Source: an uncultured Candidatus Saccharibacteria bacterium (GTDB lineage: Bacteria > Patescibacteriota > Minisyncoccia > Phycocordibacterales > UBA9973). Taken from it: a stretch of 64,000 bases of DNA. Below the pieces are notes generated by a model. It had not been told where the DNA came from, did not search any database, and worked only from the letters and a program-made list of their open reading frames with translations. This document shows, piece by piece, positions 1 to 10,061 of this stretch (position 1 is its first letter; each line of letters opens with the position of its first letter). A program made the translations under genes and the position numbers. The stretch is taken from NCBI GenBank assembly GCA_964468315.1, contig CAYXTA010000002.1, forward strand, positions 64,319 to 128,318, in the 5' to 3' direction.

Positions 1-1
1 A

Positions 2-1069
2 GGATATCAAAAAGTCTGCATTCCACACATTACAAAAAAAGAATTATACGAAACTTCCGGACACTGGGCAAAATATGCTGAAGATTTATTCAAAATTCAT
101 ACTCGCGAAGATCATCTTTATGCTATGAAGCCCATGAACTGTCCTCACCATACACAAATATTTGATTCTGTACCTCGTAGTTATCGTGATATGCCACAAC
201 GCTATGCAGAAACAACAATGGTTTATCGTGACGAACAATCAGGAGAATTATCAGGGCTTTCTCGTGTGCTTTCTATTACTCAAGATGATGCACATGTATT
301 TTGTCGTGAAAATCAAATCGAAACTGAAGCACTTGCTATATGGGAAATAATAGAAACTTTTTACAAAACTTTTGGTTTTGATTTACAGGTTCGTTTTTCT
401 ACTCACGATCCTATGCAAAGAGAAAAATATTTAGGTAGTGATGAGACTTGGATAAAAGCCGAAGGCGCACTCGAATCTTTAATGAAACAAAAAGGAGTAA
501 CATGGCTAGATGGCGTCGGTGAAGCTGCTTTCTACGGACCAAAAATTGACTTCATTGCAAAAGACTCTATCGGCCGTGTATTACAAGTAGCTACTATTCA
601 ACTCGATTTCAATCAACCAAAAAACTTCGGTCTTGTATGTACAAATGAAAAAGGAGAAAAAGAACAAATCGTAATGATCCACGCTGCTATCATGGGATCT
701 ATCGAGAGATTCTCTTCAACTCTAATCGAACATACAGCTGGTAATTTCCCTCTTTGGCTTTCACCTTTACAAGTCGCTATCGTACCAGTAAGAGAAAATC
801 ACCAAGAACTAGCAAAACAGATTAGAGATATATTAAAAGAAAAAGACATTCGCGTAGAATTATTTGAAGAAAATGATTCACTCGGCAAACGTATTAACCA
901 TGCTAAAGCAAACAAAATACCTTATGTAATAGTTCTCGGTGATAAAGAACAAACAGCAGGAATTCTCACTATTGAAAAAAGAGATGGCTCAAAAATAGAA
1001 GGTATATCTAAAGAAGATTTCTTAAATCAAATTTTAGAAAAAATAAACTCAAAATCTTTAGAATTATAA
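2..1069 (+). CDS. thrS: Threonyl-tRNA synthetase, C-terminal part (5' end outside window)
   Basis: Frame is open from the window edge; translation GYQKV...TSGHWAKYAEDLF...MNCPHHTQIF...FYGPKIDF matches the class II ThrRS catalytic core and anticodon-binding domain. Confidence 0.9.
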   Translation, partial: GYQKVCIPHITKKELYETSGHWAKYAEDLFKIHTREDHLYAMKPMNCPHHTQIFDSVPRSYRDMPQRYAETTMVYRDEQSGELSGLSRVLSITQDDAHVFCRENQIETEALAIWEIIETFYKTFGFDLQVRFSTHDPMQREKYLGSDETWIKAEGALESLMKQKGVTWLDGVGEAAFYGPKIDFIAKDSIGRVLQVATIQLDFNQPKNFGLVCTNEKGEKEQIVMIHAAIMGSIERFSSTLIEHTAGNFPLWLSPLQVAIVPVRENHQELAKQIRDILKEKDIRVELFEENDSLGKRINHAKANKIPYVIVLGDKEQTAGILTIEKRDGSKIEGISKEDFLNQILEKINSKSLEL

Positions 1070-1136
1070 TTCTATACAATATTTGCTTTTTTATTTGAAA
1101 GTTATATAGTTTGGAAAGAACTTAAAACTAAATATC

Positions 1137-1655
1137 ATGAAAAAGAAAACAAAGATAATAAAAGCAACGCTTGGTTTTCTCACAGGAAGAGACGAGCTAT
1201 GGCTTGCAATAAAAGCTGATAAAATTGGTAAGGGTAAACTTAATGGATATGGTGGAAAAATTAAAAAAGGTGAAACACCAGAACAATGTATGGAAAGAGA
1301 ATTACCAGAAGAATCTGGAGTCACAGCACATAAAGAGTATTTTGAAAAAGTAGGGGTAATTAATTTTCATAATACAAAGAAAACTGGTGAGAAATTCATA
1401 TGCAGGGCATATATCTATTTAATAAGATTTTTTAAGGGAGAACCTAAAGAAACAGAAACAGGAGAAATGCTCAATCCGCAAAAATTTCTTAAAGACAGAT
1501 TGCCCTTAAGAAAACTTATGCCTGCTGATAAAGACTGGCTTCCATTAGTATTAAACGGACTAAAAGTTACAGGATCAGTTTTTTATGGACCAAACCAGAA
1601 AAAATTAATAAAGAAAAGCCAAATTAAAATAGTAAAAGTGTTGCCGAAAAATTAA
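1137..1655 (+). CDS. Nudix hydrolase
   Basis: Nudix box GGKIKKGETPEQCMERELPEESGV (Gx5Ex7REUxEExGU). Confidence 0.75.
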   Translation: MKKKTKIIKATLGFLTGRDELWLAIKADKIGKGKLNGYGGKIKKGETPEQCMERELPEESGVTAHKEYFEKVGVINFHNTKKTGEKFICRAYIYLIRFFKGEPKETETGEMLNPQKFLKDRLPLRKLMPADKDWLPLVLNGLKVTGSVFYGPNQKKLIKKSQIKIVKVLPKN

Positions 1656-1669
1656 TTTTCAAAAATCAA

Positions 1670-1700
1670 AAAATCCCCACAAATGTGGGGATTTTTATTT
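1670..1700. terminator. Bidirectional rho-independent terminator (Nudix/gyrB convergent)
   Basis: Hairpin atccccacaaatgtggggat followed by a T-run; sits between convergent genes. Confidence 0.6.
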
Positions 1701-3757
1701 TATATATCAATCTGTGCGAGCTTGGCATTAGACTGGATGAAAGATTTACGAGGTGGGACTTCAGAGCCCATGAGGATGTCGAAGACTTTATTTGCTTCTT
1801 CGGCATCATCGATATTTACTTTCTTGAGAACACGGTTTTTAGGATCCATAGTAGTTTCCCAGAGCTCTTCCGCATTCATTTCTCCGAGACCTTTATATCT
1901 TTGAATATGTACTTTGTTTGATTTCTTTTTTGGATTTTCTTCCTCTTCTTCCTCAGAATTTTCAAGGACTTCCCCTTCTGCAATTTCTTCTATTTCCATA
2001 TCTTGCTCCCCTGCTATTTTTATTCTTTCTTCATCTGTATAAGCATAGAAAATTTCTCTACCTTTTTTAATTTTATAAAGAGGTGGTTGAGCAATATAAA
2101 CATAACCAGCTTCTAAAACATTTCTGAAATATCTATAAAACAAAGTAAGTAAAAGAGTACGGATGTGCGCACCGTCGACGTCAGCATCTGTAGCGATAAT
2201 TATTTTGTGGTAACGAATTTTTTCTAAATCAAATGTATCGCCGATAGATGTACCCATAGCAATAACAAGATTTTTTATTTGCTCAGATCCAAGCATACGA
2301 TCGAGACGTGCACGCTCAACGTTTAGAATTTTTCCGCGAAGTGGAAGAATAGCTTGAGTTTTTCTATCACGTCCCATTTTTGCTGTACCTCCAGCAGAAT
2401 CTCCCTCCACGATGAATATTTCTGATTCAGATGCAGATTTACTTTGACAATCAGCAAGTTTACCAGGAAGAGTCATGCCTTCAAGTGCTCCTTTACGCAA
2501 AATAGAATCCTTCGCTGCTTTCGCTGCTTTACGAGCCTTGAGTGCAAGAATTGCTTTGTTGATTACTACTTTTGCCTCATCAGGATTTTCTTCAAGGAAA
2601 TTTACAAATGCTTCACCAAAAACTTTTGCAACAGCACCTTGAGCTTCCATTGATCCGAGTTTTGCTTTAGTCTGTCCTTCGAATTGAATTTCAGGAAGCT
2701 TTACAGAAACGACAGCCACGAGACCTTCAAGAACATCTTCACCAGTGAATCCTCCTTCGGATTCTTTCATCATTTCATTTTTCTTGCAGTAAGTATTCAA
2801 AGTACGAGTAAGTGCAGTTTTAAAACCAGCAATATGTGTACCACCTTCTGGTGTGTAGATGTTGTTTGCAAATGGAATTATTTTGTCATTTATATCATCA
2901 ACATATTTAAGTGCTATTTCAACACCAACATTGTCTTGTTCTTTTTCTACATAAAAAATTTTACTACTTAGAGATTTTTGTAATCTTGTTGTATATTTTA
3001 CAAGAGAAACAAGACCTCCTTCGAAATAAAATGTAGTAGATGGAATTTCTAAATTAAGTTCTTGTAAATAAACAACATCATCTACATTTATCTTGCCTTC
3101 ATATTTACGAGCATCCATTATACGAATACGGAGTTTTTTTACTAGATATGCTTGTTGGCGAAAACGATTTACTATCGTATCGTAATCAAAAACAACTCCT
3201 TCTTTAAAAATTTCTGGATCTGGTTTAAAAGTTATGATAGTACCGTGGGCTTTTGAAGAACCAACTTTTTTCACAGCGTATTTTTTCTTACCTTGTTCGT
3301 ATTCTTGAACAAATTTTGCACCATCATGATGTACTTCTGCTTTTGTGTGAGTAGAAAGAGCATTTACAACAGAAGCACCTACACCGTGCAAACCTCCAGA
3401 AACTTTGTAACCAGAATTTTCTCCACCGAATTTACCTCCAGCGTGAAGAGTCGTCATAACAGTTTCCAATGCAGAAACTTTTGTTTTTGGATGAATGTCT
3501 GTAGGAATACCACGGCCATTGTCTGTAACACGAATAATATCTCCTGGAAGAATAACTACTTCGATTTCATCACAAAATCCTCCCATGGCTTCGTCACGAG
3601 AGTTGTCGAATATTTCCCATACCAGGTGGTGCAAACCATCTATACCTGTTGTACCAATGTACATACCAGGACGGCGACGAACAGGTTCAAGGCCCTCTAA
3701 GACAGAGATTTGATCAGCGCCATACTTAGCCTTTTTTTCTTCCTTTTCTTTTGCCAT
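1700..3757 (-). CDS. gyrB: DNA gyrase subunit B
   Basis: N-terminal GHKL ATPase (VLEGLEPVRRRPGMYIGTT), Toprim (EGDSAGG) and C-terminal GyrB tail; 685 aa. Confidence 0.88.
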   Translation of the reverse strand: MAKEKEEKKAKYGADQISVLEGLEPVRRRPGMYIGTTGIDGLHHLVWEIFDNSRDEAMGGFCDEIEVVILPGDIIRVTDNGRGIPTDIHPKTKVSALETVMTTLHAGGKFGGENSGYKVSGGLHGVGASVVNALSTHTKAEVHHDGAKFVQEYEQGKKKYAVKKVGSSKAHGTIITFKPDPEIFKEGVVFDYDTIVNRFRQQAYLVKKLRIRIMDARKYEGKINVDDVVYLQELNLEIPSTTFYFEGGLVSLVKYTTRLQKSLSSKIFYVEKEQDNVGVEIALKYVDDINDKIIPFANNIYTPEGGTHIAGFKTALTRTLNTYCKKNEMMKESEGGFTGEDVLEGLVAVVSVKLPEIQFEGQTKAKLGSMEAQGAVAKVFGEAFVNFLEENPDEAKVVINKAILALKARKAAKAAKDSILRKGALEGMTLPGKLADCQSKSASESEIFIVEGDSAGGTAKMGRDRKTQAILPLRGKILNVERARLDRMLGSEQIKNLVIAMGTSIGDTFDLEKIRYHKIIIATDADVDGAHIRTLLLTLFYRYFRNVLEAGYVYIAQPPLYKIKKGREIFYAYTDEERIKIAGEQDMEIEEIAEGEVLENSEEEEEENPKKKSNKVHIQRYKGLGEMNAEELWETTMDPKNRVLKKVNIDDAEEANKVFDILMGSEVPPRKSFIQSNAKLAQIDI

Positions 3758-3809
3758 ATATGAGAGATATTATAGCATTTTTTGAATAAAAACAAAATTA
3801 AAAATTTAA

Positions 3810-5006
3810 CTATTTTTTTACATTAAAAATAGGAATTACAACAGTAGAATGACCATAGCGAACAGAAATAGGGTCTCCTGTAGTAATAACTTGTGTCCAG
3901 TTTAACCCATCAGATGATGACCAAACATCATTACTTGGTTGAGTACAACCTGTAGTACTACAGGTAAGGGAAGATTTTAAACCAGCAACTAAGAAAATTT
4001 TATTACCTAAAACAAAAGATGAATGATATAAACGAATACCTGGAAAAGAAGATCCGCTAAGTTGTTGAATTGCCCAAGGTGCATGTGCTAAAACTAAAGT
4101 CCAATGTATTCCATCTACTGATGACCAAACATCATCGACATTCACAGAAGTACTACCTGAACTACTATTAGCACCACCTAAGATATAAAGTTTGTCATTA
4201 AATACTAACGCAGTATGACCTTCCCTTACATTCCAAGAAGCATCTTGTATGCCTGAAGTAAGTGAGTCTGTGTCTTCGTGCACCCAAGATATTCCATTAA
4301 CAGATGACCAGATATCATTAGTATCTAAAGAACTTACAGAATTTTGTCCTCCAAGGACCCACATTTTATTTTTAAATACTGTAAAAGTAAATTTATATTT
4401 AGAATTCCAAGGACTATCTTGTATACCAGGTAAGGTTAAATTAGTATCTTGGTGTATCCACTGTGTACCATTTGAAGAATACCAAATTGGGTTATTTAAT
4501 CCTCCATTTGCACCACCAATAACCCAAATCTTATTATTAAAGACTACTGTATGTATTTCATCTGAAACAAAAGGTAAGGTACCTTCTTGTATCCAAGATA
4601 TTCCATCCACAGAAGACCAAACATCTTGTGCAATTGGTCCCCCAACAGTACCTGAATCTTTTAATCCACCAATAATCCAAATCTTATTATTAAAATAAAC
4701 TGTATTATAACCAAAATCATAACGTGGTAACCATTTTGTAGTTGTAGTAGTATTTTGAGGAGAAATCAATTTCCAATTCTTTCCGTCAGTTGATGAAAAA
4801 ACATCGTTCATATAATAAGGACTTATGGAATTAATACCTCCGAGCAAAAAGACTTTTTGAGTTGCAGGTTTTACTTGAGATAGAACTGTTGCTGCACTAT
4901 TTTCTAAAATAGGAACATTAAAACCAAAACGTAAAACAAATATAGATAATATTGATAAACCAAAAGTGATAATACTTACAGCTAATAAGTTTGGATTTTT
5001 TTGCAT
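3810..5006 (-). CDS. Membrane-anchored Kelch-repeat beta-propeller protein
   Basis: N-terminal TM helix, then six or seven repeats of KIWxIGG...DVWSSxDGxSW (Kelch-like GG/W pattern). Confidence 0.6.
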   Translation of the reverse strand: MQKNPNLLAVSIITFGLSILSIFVLRFGFNVPILENSAATVLSQVKPATQKVFLLGGINSISPYYMNDVFSSTDGKNWKLISPQNTTTTTKWLPRYDFGYNTVYFNNKIWIIGGLKDSGTVGGPIAQDVWSSVDGISWIQEGTLPFVSDEIHTVVFNNKIWVIGGANGGLNNPIWYSSNGTQWIHQDTNLTLPGIQDSPWNSKYKFTFTVFKNKMWVLGGQNSVSSLDTNDIWSSVNGISWVHEDTDSLTSGIQDASWNVREGHTALVFNDKLYILGGANSSSGSTSVNVDDVWSSVDGIHWTLVLAHAPWAIQQLSGSSFPGIRLYHSSFVLGNKIFLVAGLKSSLTCSTTGCTQPSNDVWSSSDGLNWTQVITTGDPISVRYGHSTVVIPIFNVKK

Positions 5007-5037
5007 AAGATAATTATACCTTTTACAAAAGAAAAAG

Positions 5038-6864
5038 CTAACGTATCACAAAACCATCTAAAACTAATTTTTCAGTGATTTTTGCCATAGGAATAGCTAC
5101 TTCTTCGTCAGTCAAAGTCTTTTCTTTTGACTGAAAAACTAGGCGAAAAGCATATGAGATTTTACCTTCTTTTTTGAATGTATCGAAAAGCCTAGGCTCC
5201 TTTACCAAAAGATCTCCTGCATTTTCTTTTATTATTTTTTGTATTGATTCTAGGGAAATATTTTCATCTACCCATAATGCTATATCGCGCGCGATAAATG
5301 GATACAAGCTCCACATTTTGAATATTTGATTTGTTGAGCCAGAAGTATTTTCGGAAATGGTCTGGCTGAGCGTATTCGCGAAGAGATCCGAGGACCTTTC
5401 AGAAAATATTTCTGGTAATATATCCTTGCAATATTCATCGATAGTAATTTCTGTAATTTTTTTCTTATCGCCATAAGCAACACGAGTCTCTTCTTTATCC
5501 CCTAAAAATACTGTGCCAATTTCAAAAACCTTCACAGTATCTAAACCTAAAAACGGAGAATTTAAATTATTTAAATTTATACTATCTTTCAATCCGTCAG
5601 TCAGATTTTCTCTCAAATACTTCTTGTCTGATGCGCTCGCGAGCACTTGTACTTTTCCTTTATTACAAAATGAATAGGTCATGACTTCATTGTACCCTTC
5701 AGAAATTAATTTATTTCTCGCGTACGCAATCTTTGTAAAGATTTTATTTACTTCTGGTTTGAAATCAATCTCTGGAGCTTGTGGAGTAACTTTGTCATAA
5801 CCATATACTCTGCCTATTTCTTCTAACATGTCTTCTGGAATATTAAGATCGAGGCGCATTGAAGGCGGAGTAATTTCAAAATTCTCTCCTGTTCTTATGT
5901 AAGTATAATTGTATTGTTTTAAAATATTTTCAATTTCATCTGCAGAAATATTTGCACCAAGTTTTTTATTTACCAAATCCACAGAAAAAATAACTTTTCT
6001 ATCTTGTTGTTTGTTTTCATATAAATCGACAACATCTTCAAAATCTGTGAAACCGTATTCCACGAACAATCCTGAAAGTTCCACCATTGCGAAACTACAA
6101 AGTTCTGGAGATAAATCATTTTCAAATCGCTTTGAAGAATCTGTAATAATTCCCATTTTGCGTGAAGTCTTACGAACAGAAACTGGATCAAAATTTGCGA
6201 CTTCAATTAAAATATTTTTTGTATTTTCATCTACTTCTGCAATTTTTCCACCTTTTACTCCAGCAATAGCGAGTACATTGTTTTCATCTGCTATAACCAT
6301 ATCAGTTTCTTTTAAAAGAACTTCTTTATTATCAAGTGTAGTTATTTTCTCTCCAGCTTTTGCATAACGCACGATTAATTTCTCACTTGCTAATTTATCC
6401 AAATCAAAAGCATGACAAGGTTGGCCACAATCATACATAGTGATATTTGTAGCATCAACAATGTTGTTTATACTTCTCTGTCCTATCGATTCTAAATGCA
6501 TTTTGACCCAGTCAGGGCTCGGGCCAACTTTTATATTGCGAACAATTCTTCCAGAATATCTTCTACAATTTTCTGTTTGTAATTCTATTTTTAAATTTGT
6601 TGATTTTGATTCAGGTATTTTATATTTTGGTGTTGGGTCATTGAAAGCAATACCTAACTGCCCTGCGAGTTCACGAGCAATACCATGATGAGAAAGAAGG
6701 TCGTGAGCTCTATCAGGTAATATCTTCAAATCAAAAATACTGTCGCCATCTTTTTTCTCTACCTCCTCTACTTCACACAAATGCATAGTAAAAACATCCG
6801 CAAGCTTTTCCGCTTCAGGAATTTCAGGAACATACCATTTGAGCCAGTTATAAGATATTTTCAT
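5038..6864 (-). CDS. pheT: Phenylalanyl-tRNA synthetase beta subunit (short form)
   Basis: N-terminus MKISYNWLKWYVP...HLCEVEEV is typical of PheT; immediately downstream of pheS on the same strand. Confidence 0.85.
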   Translation of the reverse strand: MKISYNWLKWYVPEIPEAEKLADVFTMHLCEVEEVEKKDGDSIFDLKILPDRAHDLLSHHGIARELAGQLGIAFNDPTPKYKIPESKSTNLKIELQTENCRRYSGRIVRNIKVGPSPDWVKMHLESIGQRSINNIVDATNITMYDCGQPCHAFDLDKLASEKLIVRYAKAGEKITTLDNKEVLLKETDMVIADENNVLAIAGVKGGKIAEVDENTKNILIEVANFDPVSVRKTSRKMGIITDSSKRFENDLSPELCSFAMVELSGLFVEYGFTDFEDVVDLYENKQQDRKVIFSVDLVNKKLGANISADEIENILKQYNYTYIRTGENFEITPPSMRLDLNIPEDMLEEIGRVYGYDKVTPQAPEIDFKPEVNKIFTKIAYARNKLISEGYNEVMTYSFCNKGKVQVLASASDKKYLRENLTDGLKDSINLNNLNSPFLGLDTVKVFEIGTVFLGDKEETRVAYGDKKKITEITIDEYCKDILPEIFSERSSDLFANTLSQTISENTSGSTNQIFKMWSLYPFIARDIALWVDENISLESIQKIIKENAGDLLVKEPRLFDTFKKEGKISYAFRLVFQSKEKTLTDEEVAIPMAKITEKLVLDGFVIR

Positions 6865-6865
6865 A

Positions 6866-7588
6866 TTAAAATTGGTTAAGTCTCAGATCTCCTTGATAAA
6901 AAAGACGGATGTCGGGAATACCGAATTTTACGATAGTGAGGCGGTCGAGGCCGAAACCGAATGCAAATCCTTGCCATTCTTTTGGGTCGAGTCCACAATT
7001 CTTTATAACATTTGGATGCACCATACCTGCACCAAGAAGCTCCATCCATTTGCCATTGTGCTTCACGTCGACTTCAAACCCTGGCTCAACGAACGGAAAG
7101 AAAGATGGGCGCAATCGTATCTCTGCATCTTCACCGAGGAATTTCTTAAAAAATTCTGTAAGTACATATTTCAAGTTTGCTACATTAATATCTTTGCCAA
7201 TCATAAGCCCTTCGAGCTGGAAAAATTGCATCTCATGTCCTGCATCAGTTGATTCATTGCGAAAAACTTTACCTGGCACAACAATAGCAAATGGTGGTTG
7301 CTTCCCTTCTTTTACAAGTTGTTCCATATAACGAATCTGCACACCTGAAGTATGCGTACGAAGCACATGTTCTGGTTTATCTTTTATGAAAAAAGTATCT
7401 TGCATGTCACGAGCAGGATGATCTTTAGAAACATTAAGTGCATCGAAATTATGCCACTCATCTTCAAGCTCTGGACCAGTAGCTATCTCAAAACCCATAT
7501 CAGAGAATATAGAAACAACTTCATTTATAATGAGTGAAATAGGATGCTCGGTGCCTTTTTTCTGCTGTGTTTGTGCGTCGTCTGACAT
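6866..7588 (-). CDS. pheS: Phenylalanyl-tRNA synthetase alpha subunit (catalytic core only, 240 aa)
   Basis: Class II motifs FRNESTDAGHEMQFFQLEG and GFAFGFGLDRL; 2-nt gap to pheT. Confidence 0.9.
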   Translation of the reverse strand: MSDDAQTQQKKGTEHPISLIINEVVSIFSDMGFEIATGPELEDEWHNFDALNVSKDHPARDMQDTFFIKDKPEHVLRTHTSGVQIRYMEQLVKEGKQPPFAIVVPGKVFRNESTDAGHEMQFFQLEGLMIGKDINVANLKYVLTEFFKKFLGEDAEIRLRPSFFPFVEPGFEVDVKHNGKWMELLGAGMVHPNVIKNCGLDPKEWQGFAFGFGLDRLTIVKFGIPDIRLFYQGDLRLNQF

Positions 7589-7594
7589 TTCTCA

Positions 7595-7624
7595 ATTATA
7601 CTAGATTGGCTTCAAACGAGCCAA
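7595..7624 (-). promoter_or_regulatory. Candidate sigma70 promoter of pheS (TTGGCT-N18-TATAAT ending 6 nt before the ATG; possibly leaderless)
   Basis: On the minus strand: ttggctcgtttgaagccaatctagtataat tgagaa ATG. Confidence 0.3.
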
Positions 7625-7670
7625 TATATCTAATTCACAGTAAAAACCCCAAAAGAGTATAAAATAAAAA

Positions 7671-7711
7671 AACCAACAGAGGATACATTTTGTATCATGT
7701 TGGTTTTTAAT
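7671..7711 (-). terminator. Rho-independent terminator downstream of the 7715..8092 gene
   Basis: Long inverted repeat aaccaacagaggatacattttgtatcatgttggtt plus a T-run. Confidence 0.5.
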
Positions 7712-7714
7712 TTC

Positions 7715-8092
7715 TTATAATAAAAAGAATAATGAATCTATTAACCGGATTTTCCCTTTATTAAGAAATTCTACGATTTGTTCAAAATTTTGTCCGTCTC
7801 TGCCATTTAAAATGGCATCCAATCTTATATCTTTGTTTATGCAATGCTCAATTTTAATTTCTTTTTCCCCCATAAACAAAGATGGTTTAAAAAACTTGTT
7901 TTCGTCCCAAGTAAACTTTATAGAACGAACTTCTTTAATAAAAATAAAAGAAAATTTATTTGCATCTTCTTTTATTTTTAAGTCAGGTATAGCTTCTTTA
8001 AAAGAAGGGATAATTTTTGCATTAAGATGGTTACTCCATAATGCTGCTGGATTGAGTTCATGGGTTTCGAGCTCTATTTTTTTATGTGGCAT
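7715..8092 (-). CDS. Hypothetical protein
   Basis: 125-aa ORF with no recognisable motif. Confidence 0.35.
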   Translation of the reverse strand: MPHKKIELETHELNPAALWSNHLNAKIIPSFKEAIPDLKIKEDANKFSFIFIKEVRSIKFTWDENKFFKPSLFMGEKEIKIEHCINKDIRLDAILNGRDGQNFEQIVEFLNKGKIRLIDSLFFLL

Positions 8093-8173
8093 GGGAATTT
8101 ATTTAAAAGTTCAACGTATATTTATTTACCCTAAAATTACCAAATAAAAAACACTCTGTCAATAGGGTGTTTT

Positions 8174-9247
8174 TTATTTAACTTTCTCTAATTTAATCCT
8201 TTTATAATGCTTCTTATATTGATTATTGTGTTTCTGGCGAGATTTGCCTATCAATAATTGATTCAACTTTTTGGGAAATTTATCACAAATCTGACAAATA
8301 CGACTACAATAACCATCCAAATTTTTTTCACATTTCTTACAAGAAATAAAAAGAATATGACAAGAAAGATTTTTGCAATGAATATAATCATCGGATTTTT
8401 CTTTCTCACAAATCTGACAAGTAGAAACAATCTCATCTCCTATCCTTTCCCCCATTCTCTCATCAAAGACGAAATTCTTTCCTTTAAATTTATTTGGTAA
8501 TCCCAACTCTTTTACTCTGTGAGCATAATCAATGATACCTCCTTTTATATGCTTAACATTTTTAAAACCATTGTGTTTCATCCAAGCAGAAGCTTTTTCA
8601 CATCTAATACCTCCAGTACAATAAAGTAAAACATCTTCATCTTTTTTATCTTTAAACATATCTTGAACTTTTTGAAGTTGTTCTCGAAATGTATCTACGT
8701 CCATTATCTTCGCATTTTCAAAATGACCAATTACTGCTTCGTAAATATTGCGCATATCTATAACTGTCGTTCCACGATCTATCATTTCATTTACTTCTTC
8801 TGCGAGAGCGTACTGGCCAGTATTACTTGGATCAAAACTTTTATCATCGAGACCATCAGCAACTATTTTTTCTCGAACTTTTATTATGAGTTTAATGAAA
8901 CTACTACCCTTTTCTTCTACTGCAAATTTATATGGCACACCAGAAAATTCTGGTATATTTTGCAAAAATTTATCAAAAATTTCAAAGTTTGTTTCTGGCA
9001 CATTCATTTGTGCATTTATACCTTCATTCGCTATATAAATTCTACCGAGGCATTTGAGTTCTGAAAGTTTATCAAAAAGGAAATCACGCATCTCTTTTGA
9101 ATTTTCAATCTTTACATATTTATAAAAAGAAATAGTCTTGCGTTTAAAATTCTCTCGCGCCAAATCCTCTATAAGCTCCTTTTTACTTTTTTGATTAGCT
9201 TTTTCTACCATACTTTTCATATTAACGGCAAAAAGCTTTATTTGCAA
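8174..9247 (-). CDS. trhO: tRNA uridine(34) hydroxylase, rhodanese-like (YceA/TrhO family) with C-terminal Cys-rich zinc ribbon
   Basis: LLYCTGGIRCEKASAWMKHNGFKNV and GKNFVFDERMGERI are near-identical to E. coli YceA; C-terminal CxxC...CxxC clusters. Confidence 0.85.
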   Translation of the reverse strand: MQIKLFAVNMKSMVEKANQKSKKELIEDLARENFKRKTISFYKYVKIENSKEMRDFLFDKLSELKCLGRIYIANEGINAQMNVPETNFEIFDKFLQNIPEFSGVPYKFAVEEKGSSFIKLIIKVREKIVADGLDDKSFDPSNTGQYALAEEVNEMIDRGTTVIDMRNIYEAVIGHFENAKIMDVDTFREQLQKVQDMFKDKKDEDVLLYCTGGIRCEKASAWMKHNGFKNVKHIKGGIIDYAHRVKELGLPNKFKGKNFVFDERMGERIGDEIVSTCQICEKEKSDDYIHCKNLSCHILFISCKKCEKNLDGYCSRICQICDKFPKKLNQLLIGKSRQKHNNQYKKHYKRIKLEKVK

Positions 9248-9565
9248 GATTTATAGTATAATCAAAACATGAAAAGAAATATCATTATTTTGATTATTAT
9301 ATTCCTAGCAATAGGTATAACTCTCGGCTGGCTCGATAATGGACCTAGTTTGTTTTAATTGATTTTTCTCAAAAACAAGAGTAATCTAAACTTGTATCAT
9401 TATTGAGTAGTTTTGCTAAACCCAATAGACCTAATTGATTAGCACCCAAAAGGTTTGGACACATAGAAAGCAAAATGCTCCGATACTATCATGTATCAAA
9501 ATAGGGGTACAAAGCATAAAACTGCTCTTGTCACAAAGAGCAACCCTCGTTCTTTGACATATTAA

Positions 9566-9930
9566 GGTTATCAACAAAATTAAGATTAATTTAAAAATTT
9601 AAAAGCTATGAAGGACGTGATAAGCTACGATAAGCTTTGGGTATCTGCAAATAAGAGCCAATCCAAAGATTTCCGAATGGGGCAACCCAGTATTACTAAG
9701 TAATACTATTCCGAAAAGAAAGCTATAATCCGGAGAACTGAAACATCTAAGTACCCGGAAGAAGATAACAATCCTTAAGTAGTGGTGAGCGAAAAAGGAA
9801 AAGCCCAAACCAAGGTTGTAATTGTAATCTTGGGGTTGTAGGACTGTGATCATGTGCAGTATCCTGAGTACCGCAAGGATGGAGAAAACTTGTGGGAATC
9901 CACCGGCACCATCCGGTAAGGCTAACTTCT
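9566..9930 (+). rRNA. 23S rRNA 5' domain-I fragment (about 365 nt; truncated after approx. E. coli position 435; degenerate 5' helix), likely an rRNA relic or pseudogene
   Basis: Conserved 23S blocks are present in the right order: gatgaaggacgtg, gataagct...gataagcttt, tttccgaatggggcaaccc, ggagaactgaaacatctaagtaccc, agtagtggtgagcgaaa...gcccaaacc, ggggttgtaggactg, accatccggtaaggctaa. The conserved ccgatagtgaaccagtaccgtgagggaaagg block that should follow is absent. Confidence 0.7.
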
Positions 9931-9994
9931 GAATTAAATTTATTAAATTAATTTTAATCTAGGTGCAAAACATGATGAATTTCATGTGCATCTA

Positions 9995-10033
9995 ATCTCC
10001 CTGCGACTAAACGTTACAGGGAGATTTTTTTTA
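9995..10033 (+). terminator. Terminator-like hairpin immediately after the 23S fragment
   Basis: atctccctg cgactaaacgtta cagggagat followed by tttttttt. Confidence 0.5.
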
Positions 10034-10061
10034 TTTGACTTTAATCATATAAAGTGTTAAT

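Noticed and set aside
1683-1921. ORFs 1683..1904 and 1685..1921 on the plus strand
   Set aside because: Overlap the gyrB 3' end and the terminator; no support.
2444-3713. Plus-strand ORFs inside gyrB (2444..2653, 2684..2971, 3293..3700, 3495..3713)
   Set aside because: Embedded antisense to a well-supported gene; low-complexity translations. The same applies to the antisense ORFs inside ileS, ligA, pheT, ftsH, the ATPase and others.
9599-9853. 84-aa ORF on the minus strand
   Set aside because: Lies entirely within the 23S rRNA-homologous segment; artefact of translating rRNA.
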